Notes under the pieces: model-generated
Database searches by the model: none
Told to the model about the DNA's origin: nothing
The model's input: the letters and a program-made list of their open reading frames with translations, nothing else
Shown here: piece after piece, positions 31,477 through 39,674 of the stretch
Numbering within the stretch: position 1 is the first letter of the stretch
Layout: every line of letters starts with the position of its first letter
IMG/VR virus record: IMGVR_UViG_3300034407_002847
Coordinates: 1 to 57,376 of that record
Source: a virus
Taxonomy: Duplodnaviria > Caudoviricetes
Direction: 5' to 3' (one strand)
DNA: 57,376 bases
Program-made: the position numbers and the translations under genes

Positions 31477-31920
31477 ATGGCAATCAGTGAACAAACCAGA
31501 CAGGCAGTATTGATCCGGGACAACTGCCGTTGTCGTGCCTGTGGATTCTCGGACACGTTGACAATGGAAATCGACCATGTTAAGCCGCGTAGTTTGGGCG
31601 GTCTGGACGATCTGGACAATCTGCAAGCTTTGTGCTCGTTCTGTAACAATACGAAGAAGAACGTGATTATCGAAGGCCTGGCAATTCAGGCACCTTGCGA
31701 GGGATTCGGGAACCAGGGGCACGTTACCGCCAAGCGTATTGCATTCCGGCAGTATGTCGCACAATCGCGAGCCAGGCAAGTTGAGGAACTGACAAACCAG
31801 GCACGAGCCTGGAAGGCAGAAGGAACCAGGGGATTGACAATCAGGAAACGCCTGGAGAATAAAACGACATCCGGAATCGTCGAAGATATCCTCAAGAATA
31901 TCCTGTCAGCTAGTCGATAG
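31477..31920 (+). CDS. HNH endonuclease
   Basis: RD..RC.ACG, EIDHVKP.S.GG....NLQ.LC..CN..K. Confidence 0.9.
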   Translation: MAISEQTRQAVLIRDNCRCRACGFSDTLTMEIDHVKPRSLGGLDDLDNLQALCSFCNNTKKNVIIEGLAIQAPCEGFGNQGHVTAKRIAFRQYVAQSRARQVEELTNQARAWKAEGTRGLTIRKRLENKTTSGIVEDILKNILSASR

Positions 31921-31990
31921 GATTGACATAACAACTCACCATAGAGTAGAATCTACTCTCACACTTCACACCCAACAGGAAGCAACAACC

Positions 31991-32395
31991 ATGAAAATTT
32001 ACATCGACCAGAACCAAGCAACACGCAACAACGTGTCATACTTTGACGCCGGGGAATTGTCAGTACGTGCCGATAAGCTACTCAACAGCAGGATTGACGG
32101 ATACGACGCCGAACACACTGCACTGCTCACCGGATACGGACAGGCTACACTTGTCCTAACACGCGACGACAACGACGACCCAGGCTGGTGGACAATCAAA
32201 CAGGCTGGCACAACCATGGAAGCTGGCGAGTCTGTATCGTTTACGTACAACGGGAAAGCAAGGCAGGGCAAGGTGATCGACGCACCTTGGAAAGCCAAGA
32301 CAGGATACACAGTTTGCCGCGTTGAGTGTGTTGGGGAAGAATATCCAAAGACGTTCAATGTTGACAGAATGGGGAGTCTGCAGAATGTTGGTTGA
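31991..32395 (+). CDS. Hypothetical protein (SH3-like C-terminus)
   Basis: V.F.Y.GK.RQG.V...KTF..DRM pattern. Confidence 0.65.
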   Translation: MKIYIDQNQATRNNVSYFDAGELSVRADKLLNSRIDGYDAEHTALLTGYGQATLVLTRDDNDDPGWWTIKQAGTTMEAGESVSFTYNGKARQGKVIDAPWKAKTGYTVCRVECVGEEYPKTFNVDRMGSLQNVG

Positions 32396-32551
32396 TTTCA
32401 TAATTGCCATTTGCGGGATCGGATTTCCATTATTGGGAATCTACCCGCTTTGCCGGAAATAGCCTTGACAAGGGAAGGGCAAGACACGGAGTGTCTTACC
32501 CGACCCTGTCGGGTAATGTTGTAGCCAGTCAGCCAGCCAGAAAGTGAGAAA

Positions 32552-32659
32552 ATGAGAAGATTTGCCGATTTTAGCCTTGCATTGTTGGAAGTAGTCGTTC
32601 CGTGTGTTGCCATGATGGGACTGATTCAACTCGTAGTGTATTTGCTATTGAATTATTGA
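32552..32659 (+). CDS. Small hydrophobic peptide
   Basis: 35-aa ORF ending 2 nt before bipartite element 1. Confidence 0.45.
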   Translation: MRRFADFSLALLEVVVPCVAMMGLIQLVVYLLLNY

Positions 32660-32661
32660 CG

Positions 32662-32737
32662 TAAACCCTTGCCACATAACGACTTACGACGTGAAAACCG
32701 GCCCCGTGAACATAAACCCTTGTACGGCAACGACTTA
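32662..32737 (+). repeat. 76-bp bipartite element copy 1
   Basis: TAAACCCTT-gccacat-AACGACTTA, 26-nt GC-rich linker, TAAACCCTT-gtacggc-AACGACTTA. Confidence 0.9.
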
Positions 32738-32904
32738 CGGCAAAAACCAAATTTCTTAAAAATAGGGAATGTTTATTTTCTTGGTAATGACGGCGGCATT
32801 CTCATCAATGGGATCTTAAAAACTTGGCGGATTGTTGTATTGCAATCCGTTCTGAAATGACGATACTACTTACAGACACGAAACAAAACAAAGGGAGCAA
32901 CACA

Positions 32905-33144
32905 ATGTGGAAGATCATCAGACAACACCGGGTAGCATACGACGCAGTTTATAACGGGGCTGATCTTATGGATTACCCTGCGTTCTTTCAGGCTCTTTAC
33001 AACTACTTCGTTTTCGGTGGCGAAATGCCTTACGGGGTCGCCAAGGCACGATTCGGAGATCCTGCCGAATGGATCATGGATCGTTCAGAAGTATGGCACG
33101 GACCCTCATCATCATGGGACGCATGTGAATCATACGAGGGATAG
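32905..33144 (+). CDS. Hypothetical protein (GEMPYGVAKAR motif)
   Basis: ATG after GGGAGCAACA; LY.YF...GEMPYG.AKAR.GDP..WI motif seen in small phage proteins. Confidence 0.7.
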   Translation: MWKIIRQHRVAYDAVYNGADLMDYPAFFQALYNYFVFGGEMPYGVAKARFGDPAEWIMDRSEVWHGPSSSWDACESYEG

Positions 33145-33207
33145 AATTGGACGCTACTAGGGAGCCGGATTTTCCGGCTCCCGTCACTCTCAACAGGAAG
33201 CAACAAG

Positions 33208-33483
33208 ATGAAATTCACACCAGAAGCCGACATTCAACACGAAATCACTCAGACCGTTTTGGAATTTGAGAACAACGACGGCAAACTGTACAATGATGCA
33301 ATGAGAACACTCAGCACACACTACAAAGAAGCTTGGAACGCTTTAGATGCCGAAGCGTTAATCTTTATCCAATTCTACAAAAGCGAATTGCAGCACAAAA
33401 ATATTAAAGTAAAACTTGCGGCGGCGACTGAAATTGTAAATGGTGCCGTTGCTGAATTTGAACTTGGGAACTTTTGGGAGTAA
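33208..33483 (+). CDS. Hypothetical protein
   Basis: ATG after AGGAAGCAACA. Confidence 0.7.
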   Translation: MKFTPEADIQHEITQTVLEFENNDGKLYNDAMRTLSTHYKEAWNALDAEALIFIQFYKSELQHKNIKVKLAAATEIVNGAVAEFELGNFWE

Positions 33484-33487
33484 GAAA

Positions 33488-33685
33488 ATGCAAACGAGCG
33501 AACTGGTAACATTGAACGGATGGGAATTCGATCTCTCAGCCTACGAAAACCGGGATCATTTCACTCACACGGTCTGGCAAGAAACTTTCGGACATTATGA
33601 CCAAATTGACACCACGGTTTACGCTGTTGCCGTAGCGAATCGCGTGGAATCCGCCGCAAAAGTTTTATGGGATATCAACCAATGA
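33488..33685 (+). CDS. Hypothetical protein
   Basis: GGAG RBS. Confidence 0.6.
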   Translation: MQTSELVTLNGWEFDLSAYENRDHFTHTVWQETFGHYDQIDTTVYAVAVANRVESAAKVLWDINQ

Positions 33686-33783
33686 TTACGGTTTTCTCAA
33701 TTGTAGGAATCTTTCTGTTTGCTCTTGTGTTCTCTTGGGCAATGGCGGAAACCATCGCAATATTGACGGATATTTTTACCTAA
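33682..33783 (+). CDS. Small hydrophobic peptide; stop codon supplied by element 2
   Basis: MITVFSIVGIFLFALVFSWAMAETIAILTDIFT*, ATGA overlap with previous gene. Confidence 0.55.
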   Translation: MITVFSIVGIFLFALVFSWAMAETIAILTDIFT

Positions 33784-33856
33784 ACCCTTGGTGGCAAACG
33801 ACTTATGTCGCCAAGCCCCGCCGCGTCGTCGTAACCTGTTAAGTGCCAACGACTTA
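33781..33856 (+). repeat. 76-bp bipartite element copy 2
   Basis: TAAACCCTT-ggtggca-AACGACTTA, 26 nt, TAACCTGTT-aagtgcc-AACGACTTA. Confidence 0.9.
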
Positions 33857-33968
33857 CGGCAATAGCTTAAACTTGCCATAAACTTGGGGAATAACTATTG
33901 ACCACGGAATAGAATGCCGATAATATACGTATCGGGTTACAATTCACTTTCTTTAAAGGTTTGACACG

Positions 33969-34145
33969 ATGAACAGTTTTGATGAGATTCAATGCGAAGA
34001 AACCCCAGACCACCAGTGGAACAGCATACTGGAAGAAACCACTTACTTTCACGAATGGATGGAATTTCAGGATCGTAAAACACAAGACGACTGGGATTGC
34101 AAGCTTTCTGATCTAAACGCAGAACTTCAGACCGTTGCCGCCTAA
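33969..34145 (+). CDS. Hypothetical protein
   Basis: 58 aa (MNSFDEIQCEE...) between promoter and hairpin. Confidence 0.55.
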   Translation: MNSFDEIQCEETPDHQWNSILEETTYFHEWMEFQDRKTQDDWDCKLSDLNAELQTVAA

Positions 34146-34158
34146 CATCCCACCACCA

Positions 34159-34181
34159 GCCGCCCTACGGGGCGGCATTTT
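34159..34181 (+). terminator. Intrinsic terminator-like hairpin
   Basis: GCCGCCC-TACG-GGGCGGC-ATTTT. Confidence 0.55.
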
Positions 34182-34194
34182 CAGGGGTTTGAAA

Positions 34195-34368
34195 ATGTCC
34201 GAATTCAAAACATGGGATTCTTACACGGAAGTTGAGAAACTTCAATGTGTGGTCAGTGATACTTACAAGGACCACTTCAACGTGCGGCCACGTCACTACA
34301 CTCCAGAACAGTGGAGCAACAAAGAATTCTTAAAGAAAGAACTTGACTGGCTTTACGATAAAGGTTAA
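34195..34368 (+). CDS. Hypothetical protein
   Basis: SD.YKD....RPR motif of small phage proteins. Confidence 0.6.
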   Translation: MSEFKTWDSYTEVEKLQCVVSDTYKDHFNVRPRHYTPEQWSNKEFLKKELDWLYDKG

Positions 34369-34378
34369 ATAACGGCAG

Positions 34379-34407
34379 GTGTCCAATCGGACCTTGTCCG
34401 ATAATGT
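34379..34407 (+). repeat. 29-bp direct repeat copy 1 (promoter-like)
   Basis: GTGTCCAATCGGACCTTGTCCGATAATGT, identical at 35650-35678. Confidence 0.85.
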
Positions 34408-34457
34408 CTGCAGTCAGCGGGCCAGCAGTCACCGAGAATTTTATAAGGGAGAAAATA

Positions 34458-34637
34458 ATGGTTGAAGCGATAATACAGCTTTTAGTAATGCTAGCAATTT
34501 TGTATGGCTGTGTATTTCACAGTTCAGGGACTACTCTGGCTTATGTACTTTGTGCGGCTTGGATGTTGACAATTATGGGTTCATTGCGTATATTTACAAG
34601 TGCGATCAAAGACATTATTGGATATCACGAGGATTGA
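34458..34637 (+). CDS. Small two-TM membrane protein
   Basis: Two hydrophobic helices, GGGAG RBS. Confidence 0.6.
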   Translation: MVEAIIQLLVMLAILYGCVFHSSGTTLAYVLCAAWMLTIMGSLRIFTSAIKDIIGYHED

Positions 34638-34641
34638 TCAA

Positions 34642-34926
34642 ATGACATTTCAGGGTTCTGTTGACGTTCTGCAAGACTACAAAAACGGCAAGAAATTAGA
34701 CCATTTTGCTTGGCCAGGCGGATATCAGATGTTCTATTATGTTTACGCGGATAATGAGCATATGCACTGCTGTCCAGACTGCACGAACAAAAAAGACTTT
34801 TATGAAGAATTCGAAGATGTAAACCGCGTCGAAGCGTTTATTAACTTGGAGGATCAAAATCTCACTTGCGATGTGTGTGAACAAAATATCCCAGCATCTT
34901 ACGGCGAAAACCAGCCTATAAATTGA
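34642..34926 (+). CDS. Small Zn-binding phage protein
   Basis: AWPGGY.M.Y, C.DC, CD.C...I...YG. Confidence 0.7.
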   Translation: MTFQGSVDVLQDYKNGKKLDHFAWPGGYQMFYYVYADNEHMHCCPDCTNKKDFYEEFEDVNRVEAFINLEDQNLTCDVCEQNIPASYGENQPIN

Positions 34927-34932
34927 TATAAG

Positions 34933-35042
34933 ACCCGGCCCCCTTGCTGTCTCAGTGTCTGTTGGTCTATTCGAATGCAAAAAAGACCGGGTGGGAGTCA
35001 CACCCACCAAAATACAGATGTTGAAGGGTATAAAAGCCGGGT
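34933..35042 (+). ncRNA. Putative multi-branched structured RNA
   Basis: Nested stems ACCCGGC/GCCGGGT and TCAGTGTCTGT/ACAGATGTTGA enclosing GGTCT/AGACC and GGTGGG/CCCACC hairpins. Confidence 0.4.
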
Positions 35043-35051
35043 AGGATCTCG

Positions 35052-35112
35052 CAGTCCTTTGTGTTTACGTGTTGCGTTGCTTCCTCACGTAGCACAAGGG
35101 ACTGGTTTTTTT
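35052..35112 (+). terminator. Intrinsic terminator
   Basis: CAGTCCTTTGTG/CACAAGGGACTG stem and T-run. Confidence 0.65.
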
Positions 35113-35123
35113 ATGGAAAAATA

Positions 35124-35312
35124 ATGAAAACTAAAATATTGTGCAAACTAATGCGTCCAAGCACTGACAGTTATCTTAAAGTGGAAATTCCTCAAGAAAT
35201 TGGTCCCCACGAAGAAGACTGGAAGAATTGGATCTTGCAAGAATTCAATGCGACGTTTATCCTAATGGACTTTTACCTTAGTGACGCCAACGGCGACAGG
35301 GAGTTGAAATGA
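35124..35312 (+). CDS. Hypothetical protein
   Basis: 62 aa, ATGA-coupled to next gene. Confidence 0.55.
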   Translation: MKTKILCKLMRPSTDSYLKVEIPQEIGPHEEDWKNWILQEFNATFILMDFYLSDANGDRELK

Positions 35313-35515
35313 GCACTGAACTGATGGCAGCAACAAACGACAGCGGAACAATTACTATGACCGGACTGTACCGAGATGGACAACCACGTTACCAGATCAC
35401 AGTAATGAGCAAAACTGGACTTTGCCGACCAGATGCTGTTTATCTGGAAGTTGACGCCGAGACCATTGCAAACATGCAAAGATGTGTTAATAACTACGAA
35501 ACTCCGGAGGTGTAA
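35309..35515 (+). CDS. Hypothetical protein
   Basis: GGGAG RBS. Confidence 0.6.
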   Translation: MSTELMAATNDSGTITMTGLYRDGQPRYQITVMSKTGLCRPDAVYLEVDAETIANMQRCVNNYETPEV

Positions 35516-35536
35516 AAGGGTTGGCAATAATCGTCC

Positions 35537-35612
35537 TAAGTCTTAGCCCCGCAAGGGGTTAGGGCCAAGGGGCCGGTTTTTTTGACGTAAGTTGTTGGTG
35601 TATATAGACTTA
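35537..35612 (-). repeat. 76-bp bipartite element copy 3 (inverted)
   Basis: Reverse complement reads TAAGTCTAT-atacacc-AACAACTTA, linker cgtcaaaaaaaccggccccttggccc, TAACCCCTT-gcggggc-TAAGACTTA. Confidence 0.8.
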
Positions 35613-35649
35613 CGTCGATTTTTGTGTATAATAGTAGGTTGATGGACAA

Positions 35650-35678
35650 GTGTCCAATCGGACCTTGTCCGATAATGT
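35650..35678 (+). repeat. 29-bp direct repeat copy 2
   Basis: Identical to 34379-34407. Confidence 0.85.
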
Positions 35679-35741
35679 TTATAGCCAGTAGTCAGCAGTT
35701 GTTGACATGGTTTCATGTTTTTGTTATAATGGAGGTGTAGG

Positions 35742-35933
35742 ATGAGGAGTAGATTAGAAGGAAGTCAACAGAAGGCAGACATTTTTGTTGGTTCTGAACT
35801 AAGTATTGGAAAAGTTGTCAAGATTCGTCACGAGGGTGTCGATGTTAAGAATAATGGCAACGAGTTTTTTGTTTCTAGGACAGCTATAGAAAAGGTTTTT
35901 GCAGATGATCAAAACACACAAACGAACAGGTAG
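35742..35933 (+). CDS. Hypothetical protein
   Basis: GGAGG RBS; TTGACA..TATAAT upstream. Confidence 0.55.
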   Translation: MRSRLEGSQQKADIFVGSELSIGKVVKIRHEGVDVKNNGNEFFVSRTAIEKVFADDQNTQTNR

Positions 35934-36099
35934 CCAAGTAAGTTTCATGTATCCAGCACGGGGAAAGGGAAATATCCTGCGACGTGTCAAGGGTGTAGTT
36001 GAAGAAAAGGGTAACGGACCAAACGGACCATTCCTTAGAGTTCTTGAGTCTAATGGCGAATACAGAACTTTCAGCACTAAGAAAATTGTGGATATGTAA
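35905..36099 (+). CDS. Hypothetical SH3-like protein
   Basis: VSF.YP...R.V.G.V....YRTFS..KI. Confidence 0.6.
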   Translation: MIKTHKRTGSQVSFMYPARGKGNILRRVKGVVEEKGNGPNGPFLRVLESNGEYRTFSTKKIVDM

Positions 36100-36512
36100 T
36101 GAAACCGTTCATTCGTAATTGTTCAACCGACAGTAAAGTGTCGGAACTTATCGATCCAACAAAGCCGGTGGAGGTTTACAAAAATCTCCATCGGGGCTGT
36201 TGGTCGGTTCGACAAAGCGGCATTGTTAGATTTCACACCTATGCAATAGCATTAGAACAGTGCCAATTCAAAGTGAGCGAATCAGGACGGCAGAGAGTTC
36301 TGAGAGAAAAACGGAAAAACGTTCACGCCTTTATTAAGGGCATCTTTATAACAAAAGGTGATCTTGTGAAAGGTGACAAGGTGACATACAATCCGTACAA
36401 AATGTCTTCGTTTAGACATCTCGGAGGACCGTGTCATAACATGAACGCTGTGATATTAAATACAGTAGGTGTTTACGAACTTCTTCCTCACCCTTATCTT
36501 GTGGAGAATTGA
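36099..36512 (+). CDS. Conserved phage hypothetical protein
   Basis: VYKNLH.G.WSV, F.V.E.GRQRVLREKRKNVHAF, VTYNPY. Confidence 0.75.
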   Translation: MKPFIRNCSTDSKVSELIDPTKPVEVYKNLHRGCWSVRQSGIVRFHTYAIALEQCQFKVSESGRQRVLREKRKNVHAFIKGIFITKGDLVKGDKVTYNPYKMSSFRHLGGPCHNMNAVILNTVGVYELLPHPYLVEN

Positions 36513-36513
36513 G

Positions 36514-36648
36514 ATGAGAATCTTAATAATTGCTAGTCTACTATTATTGCCGGGCTGTAAAGTTGTAAGCTCATTTGCAGTAGATCATAGTTTTCACAAA
36601 GAAGCGACACAAGCTAGAGCCAAAATTCAGTTTGAACATTGTTTCTAA
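36514..36648 (+). CDS. Small lipoprotein; stop codon supplied by element 4
   Basis: MRILIIASLLLLPGC lipobox-like N-terminus; TAA at 36646-36648. Confidence 0.6.
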   Translation: MRILIIASLLLLPGCKVVSSFAVDHSFHKEATQARAKIQFEHCF

Positions 36649-36721
36649 ACCCTTATGCCGTCTCGACTTACGACGGCAGGGCGGGCCGCGTCGGCCTAAA
36701 CCCTTTGCTGGTAACGACTTA
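36646..36721 (+). repeat. 76-bp bipartite element copy 4
   Basis: TAAACCCTT-atgccgt-CTCGACTTA, 26 nt, TAAACCCTT-tgctggt-AACGACTTA. Confidence 0.9.
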
Positions 36722-36829
36722 GGTCGAATACCTCATTTTGTGCATAAATGGTCTTGAGTATTTCAGGGGATGCCCTACAATGGGAAGTTACAAGCGGAAA
36801 GTTGGAAAAAACTCAAAATAGGTGAGAAT

Positions 36830-37585
36830 ATGTTCTCGAAAGCCAACGTAAAAATCCAAGAACTCGCAAAACATCCTGACCTACAAACATTTTTAGAAAA
36901 TCGTCGCAAAATTTACTCTTTCGACTTGATTTCTGGACACTCCTGCCCATTTGCTGATAAATGCCTGTCAAAGGTTATTATTGTTGACGGGCGACGTAAA
37001 ATTGTAGATGGTCGCAATACAGAATACCGATGTTTCTCAGCGTCTCAAGAAGCATTGTTGACAAACGTTTATAACAAGCGATCAAACAATTTTGAAGCAT
37101 TGAGACAAAAGACCACCAATGAGATGGTCGCGATAATTTCCGACATGATGCCAAACAATCTCGGAATATGCAGGATTCATGTTGCCGGTGATTTCTTTAA
37201 TAGGAAATATTTTCGGGCATGGCTACAAGTTGCCGAATCGAATCCTGACCGCCTGTTTTATGCCTACACCAAAAGTCTACCGTACTGGCTGGATAACCTG
37301 GGAAACATCCCAGACAATATGATTCTAACGGCTTCTTACGGTGGGCGGTGTGACCGGCTTATCCATCAGCTCAACCTACGATCTGCCACTGTAGTGTTAT
37401 CATATGAAAGGGCGGAAGAACTAGGTTTAGAAGTTGACCATGACGATTCCCATGCTGCAAATCCATTGACTAAAGACCAGGATTTTGCTCTAATGATTCA
37501 CGGACCACAACCGGCAGGCAGCGAAGCATCGGCAGCGACTTCTGAACTCAAGAAACAAGGAAGGAAGTTTTCTTACTCTAGATAG
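36830..37585 (+). CDS. GP88-like (radical-SAM-related) phage protein
   Basis: F.L..G.SCP.A..C, C..A..E, RIH..GDFF, FYAYTKS motifs. Confidence 0.75.
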   Translation: MFSKANVKIQELAKHPDLQTFLENRRKIYSFDLISGHSCPFADKCLSKVIIVDGRRKIVDGRNTEYRCFSASQEALLTNVYNKRSNNFEALRQKTTNEMVAIISDMMPNNLGICRIHVAGDFFNRKYFRAWLQVAESNPDRLFYAYTKSLPYWLDNLGNIPDNMILTASYGGRCDRLIHQLNLRSATVVLSYERAEELGLEVDHDDSHAANPLTKDQDFALMIHGPQPAGSEASAATSELKKQGRKFSYSR

Positions 37586-37670
37586 AAAGGCATCGGATGG
37601 CCGCTTTATTTTGCTTGACAGTCTATGTCGTGTTGACACACTGGCTGGAATAGCTTAGGGAAGAAAACGG

Positions 37671-37699
37671 GGCGGGAGTGTAAAAGCTCCCGCCTTTTT
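37671..37699 (+). terminator. Intrinsic terminator
   Basis: GGCGGGAG/CTCCCGCC stem and TTTTT. Confidence 0.7.
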
Positions 37700-37722
37700 C
37701 AAAATTTAACCGGAGAACTTAG

Positions 37723-37944
37723 ATGATTGCAAGAACTGCTGAAGAATTGGTTGAGAATTATCCGAGACTGCATGTATCTAGTGCGACTGAGATTATGCGA
37801 GAGCATAGTTTGGAACCATATGTGATCTGGGGCAAGGAAACAGGCGAATTGTTGGTTGATATGATTAGTCAAGAAGTTATCTGTCGTGTGGGCGATAATG
37901 GTTGTATTGATACCAAAACTTTGACAGACTGGATCGGATACTAA
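37723..37944 (+). CDS. Hypothetical protein
   Basis: GGAG RBS. Confidence 0.6.
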   Translation: MIARTAEELVENYPRLHVSSATEIMREHSLEPYVIWGKETGELLVDMISQEVICRVGDNGCIDTKTLTDWIGY

Positions 37945-38148
37945 ATGACCGCTTTAATAGACATAACCGGGCAAACGTTTGGCAAGTGGAAAGTCATTAA
38001 AAGATCCGACCAACCCAACGTATACACTCTATGGCAATGTCAATGCAAATGTGGGAAAGTTAAAAATGTCGCAAGTCAACATCTTAGATATGGCAACTCT
38101 AAACAATGTTTAAGTTGTGCAAACGTGACACGAAAAAAATCGACGTAA
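37945..38148 (+). CDS. N-terminal Zn-ribbon module of HNH/AP2 homing endonuclease type, ending at element 5
   Basis: DITGQTFGKW.V, W.C.C.CG, L..G.SK.C..C; no nuclease domain; stop is the first TAA of element 5. Confidence 0.65.
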   Translation: MTALIDITGQTFGKWKVIKRSDQPNVYTLWQCQCKCGKVKNVASQHLRYGNSKQCLSCANVTRKKST

Positions 38149-38221
38149 ACCCCTTGAGGGTAACGGGTTATGACGACCCGGCCCGCCGCGTGACCCTAAG
38201 TCCTTTGATGCCAACGACTTA
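38146..38221 (+). repeat. 76-bp bipartite element copy 5
   Basis: TAAACCCCT-tgagggt-AACGGGTTA, 26 nt, TAAGTCCTT-tgatgcc-AACGACTTA. Confidence 0.9.
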
Positions 38222-38358
38222 CAACTATTTTTGTAAATCCGGCCAAATTGTTATTTTGAAGCAATTATTAGTTACAATCTACGCCGATATAAACTACAAT
38301 GGGATTTCGCCGGGAACATGTGTTTCCAGCACTTAAAACCTTTTGGAGAATTTGAGCT

Positions 38359-39261
38359 ATGCACACTACAGCAAACGAAGCCGTTGAGACCGTCAAAGCA
38401 AAATTTGATTTCAGCGTTGACAAGTTTCCACTGTTCGGACCTGATCATATGCCGACCGACCAATACGGTTTGTTTCATTCAAAGGATGGATATTTGAAGG
38501 GTGTAAAATCCGTTTCCCCGCGTTATGTGCCGCATACTACTGAGCAGGTAGTCGCACTGACTGAAGCGGCTGCAGAAGTGTTCGACGGTCAAATTTCTGT
38601 TAAATGTCATTTCAACAATGGACACTATGTCCAAATGAAACCGACTGACGATGACCGTAGAAACATGTTCAGCGTTACCAATGGCGACAACGTGTTTCCT
38701 CGTTTTATGGTTCGCGGTGGTTTCGACGGTACTGGTTTTAAGGCTTCCATCGGATACTATCGGGACTTATGCGACAATCTGTCAATGATGAGATCCGTTA
38801 GTTCATTCTCACAGTCGATTCGTCACACTTCCGGATTGTTACCCGCAATGGACGAACTGATTGGAACTTTCTCACAGTTGAAAGAATCGTGGTTCACTCT
38901 GACCGATATGATCGCTCAGATGCAACAGCGAACAGTCGATATGGAAGAGTTCTTAGAAAAAATCTACGACGTACCTAAAGACGACGCGGGTCGTCGTGAG
39001 ATGACGATGCACAAGAACAGGAGTACATTAATCATGAATAGGCTGTGGGAAGAACTCCGGAAGACCGGGCAAATGAAGGCAAACAGCGACAATACTTCTA
39101 GTGTTCCGGCGTGGTTCGCTTACAATGCTGTGCAGGGTTTTGAGCAGCACGACGCTATTCGTCGCAACATGCCCGATACCAACCGGAAATTTGAACGGAT
39201 TATACGTTCCCAAAAATGCGGTTTTGTTTTGGACGCGGAAAGACTAGCCCTCACGGCATAG
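38359..39261 (+). CDS. DUF932-like phage/plasmid protein
   Basis: VS.RY.P, G.DG, R..C.N, IRHT, W.AYNAV..FE.H motifs. Confidence 0.7.
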   Translation: MHTTANEAVETVKAKFDFSVDKFPLFGPDHMPTDQYGLFHSKDGYLKGVKSVSPRYVPHTTEQVVALTEAAAEVFDGQISVKCHFNNGHYVQMKPTDDDRRNMFSVTNGDNVFPRFMVRGGFDGTGFKASIGYYRDLCDNLSMMRSVSSFSQSIRHTSGLLPAMDELIGTFSQLKESWFTLTDMIAQMQQRTVDMEEFLEKIYDVPKDDAGRREMTMHKNRSTLIMNRLWEELRKTGQMKANSDNTSSVPAWFAYNAVQGFEQHDAIRRNMPDTNRKFERIIRSQKCGFVLDAERLALTA

Positions 39262-39278
39262 GCTGGGATGCCTAAGTC

Positions 39279-39313
39279 AAGACCCGTTCGGAGAAATCCG
39301 GGCGGGTTTTTTT
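39279..39313 (+). terminator. Intrinsic terminator
   Basis: ACCCGTTCGGA-GAAA-TCCGGGCGGGT followed by T-run. Confidence 0.8.
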
Positions 39314-39320
39314 ATTGCCG

Positions 39321-39396
39321 TAAACCCTTACCACCAAACGAGTTAAATCGGCCCGGCCCGCCGCGTCGTCGTAAACCCTGTTATACCAACGACTTA
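39321..39396 (+). repeat. 76-bp bipartite element copy 6
   Basis: TAAACCCTT-accacca-AACGAGTTA, 26 nt, TAAACCCTG-ttatacc-AACGACTTA. Confidence 0.9.
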
Positions 39397-39583
39397 GGGC
39401 AATTGTTCTAAAAATTCTTGACATGCGTTGATTGGCCTTGTCGGTTTTAATGGGATAGCGTAGAATGGATAGCTGGTGTGTATATGGTGCAAGGAGGAAC
39501 CACTACCCGGTTATTCATTCATAGTTATTCACTCGGTGAACTATTAGTTCATTGTGAATGTTGGATGGCCGGGTATTTTTTTT

Positions 39584-39668
39584 GGCCGGGTGGTGGAATA
39601 GGCAGACACTCAGGACTTAAAATCCTGTGCCCGTAATGGGCGTGCGGGTTCAAGTCCCGTCCCGGCTA
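39584..39668 (+). tRNA. tRNA-Leu(TAA)
   Basis: Cloverleaf, CAGGA-CTTAAAA-TCCTG anticodon arm, long variable arm, TTCAAGT T-loop. Confidence 0.95.
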
Positions 39669-39674
39669 ACAACA

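Noticed and set aside
33832-36721. Partial matches between guide segments and the 7-bp spacers of the bipartite sites (AAGTGC, GGTGT, CTGGT)
   Set aside because: Only 5-6 nt, inconsistent register, never both segments; no evidence linking the two systems.
32662-39396. CRISPR array interpretation of the 76-bp elements or the stem-loop units
   Set aside because: Copies are kilobases apart and separated by genes; variable parts are 5-7 nt; no cas genes.
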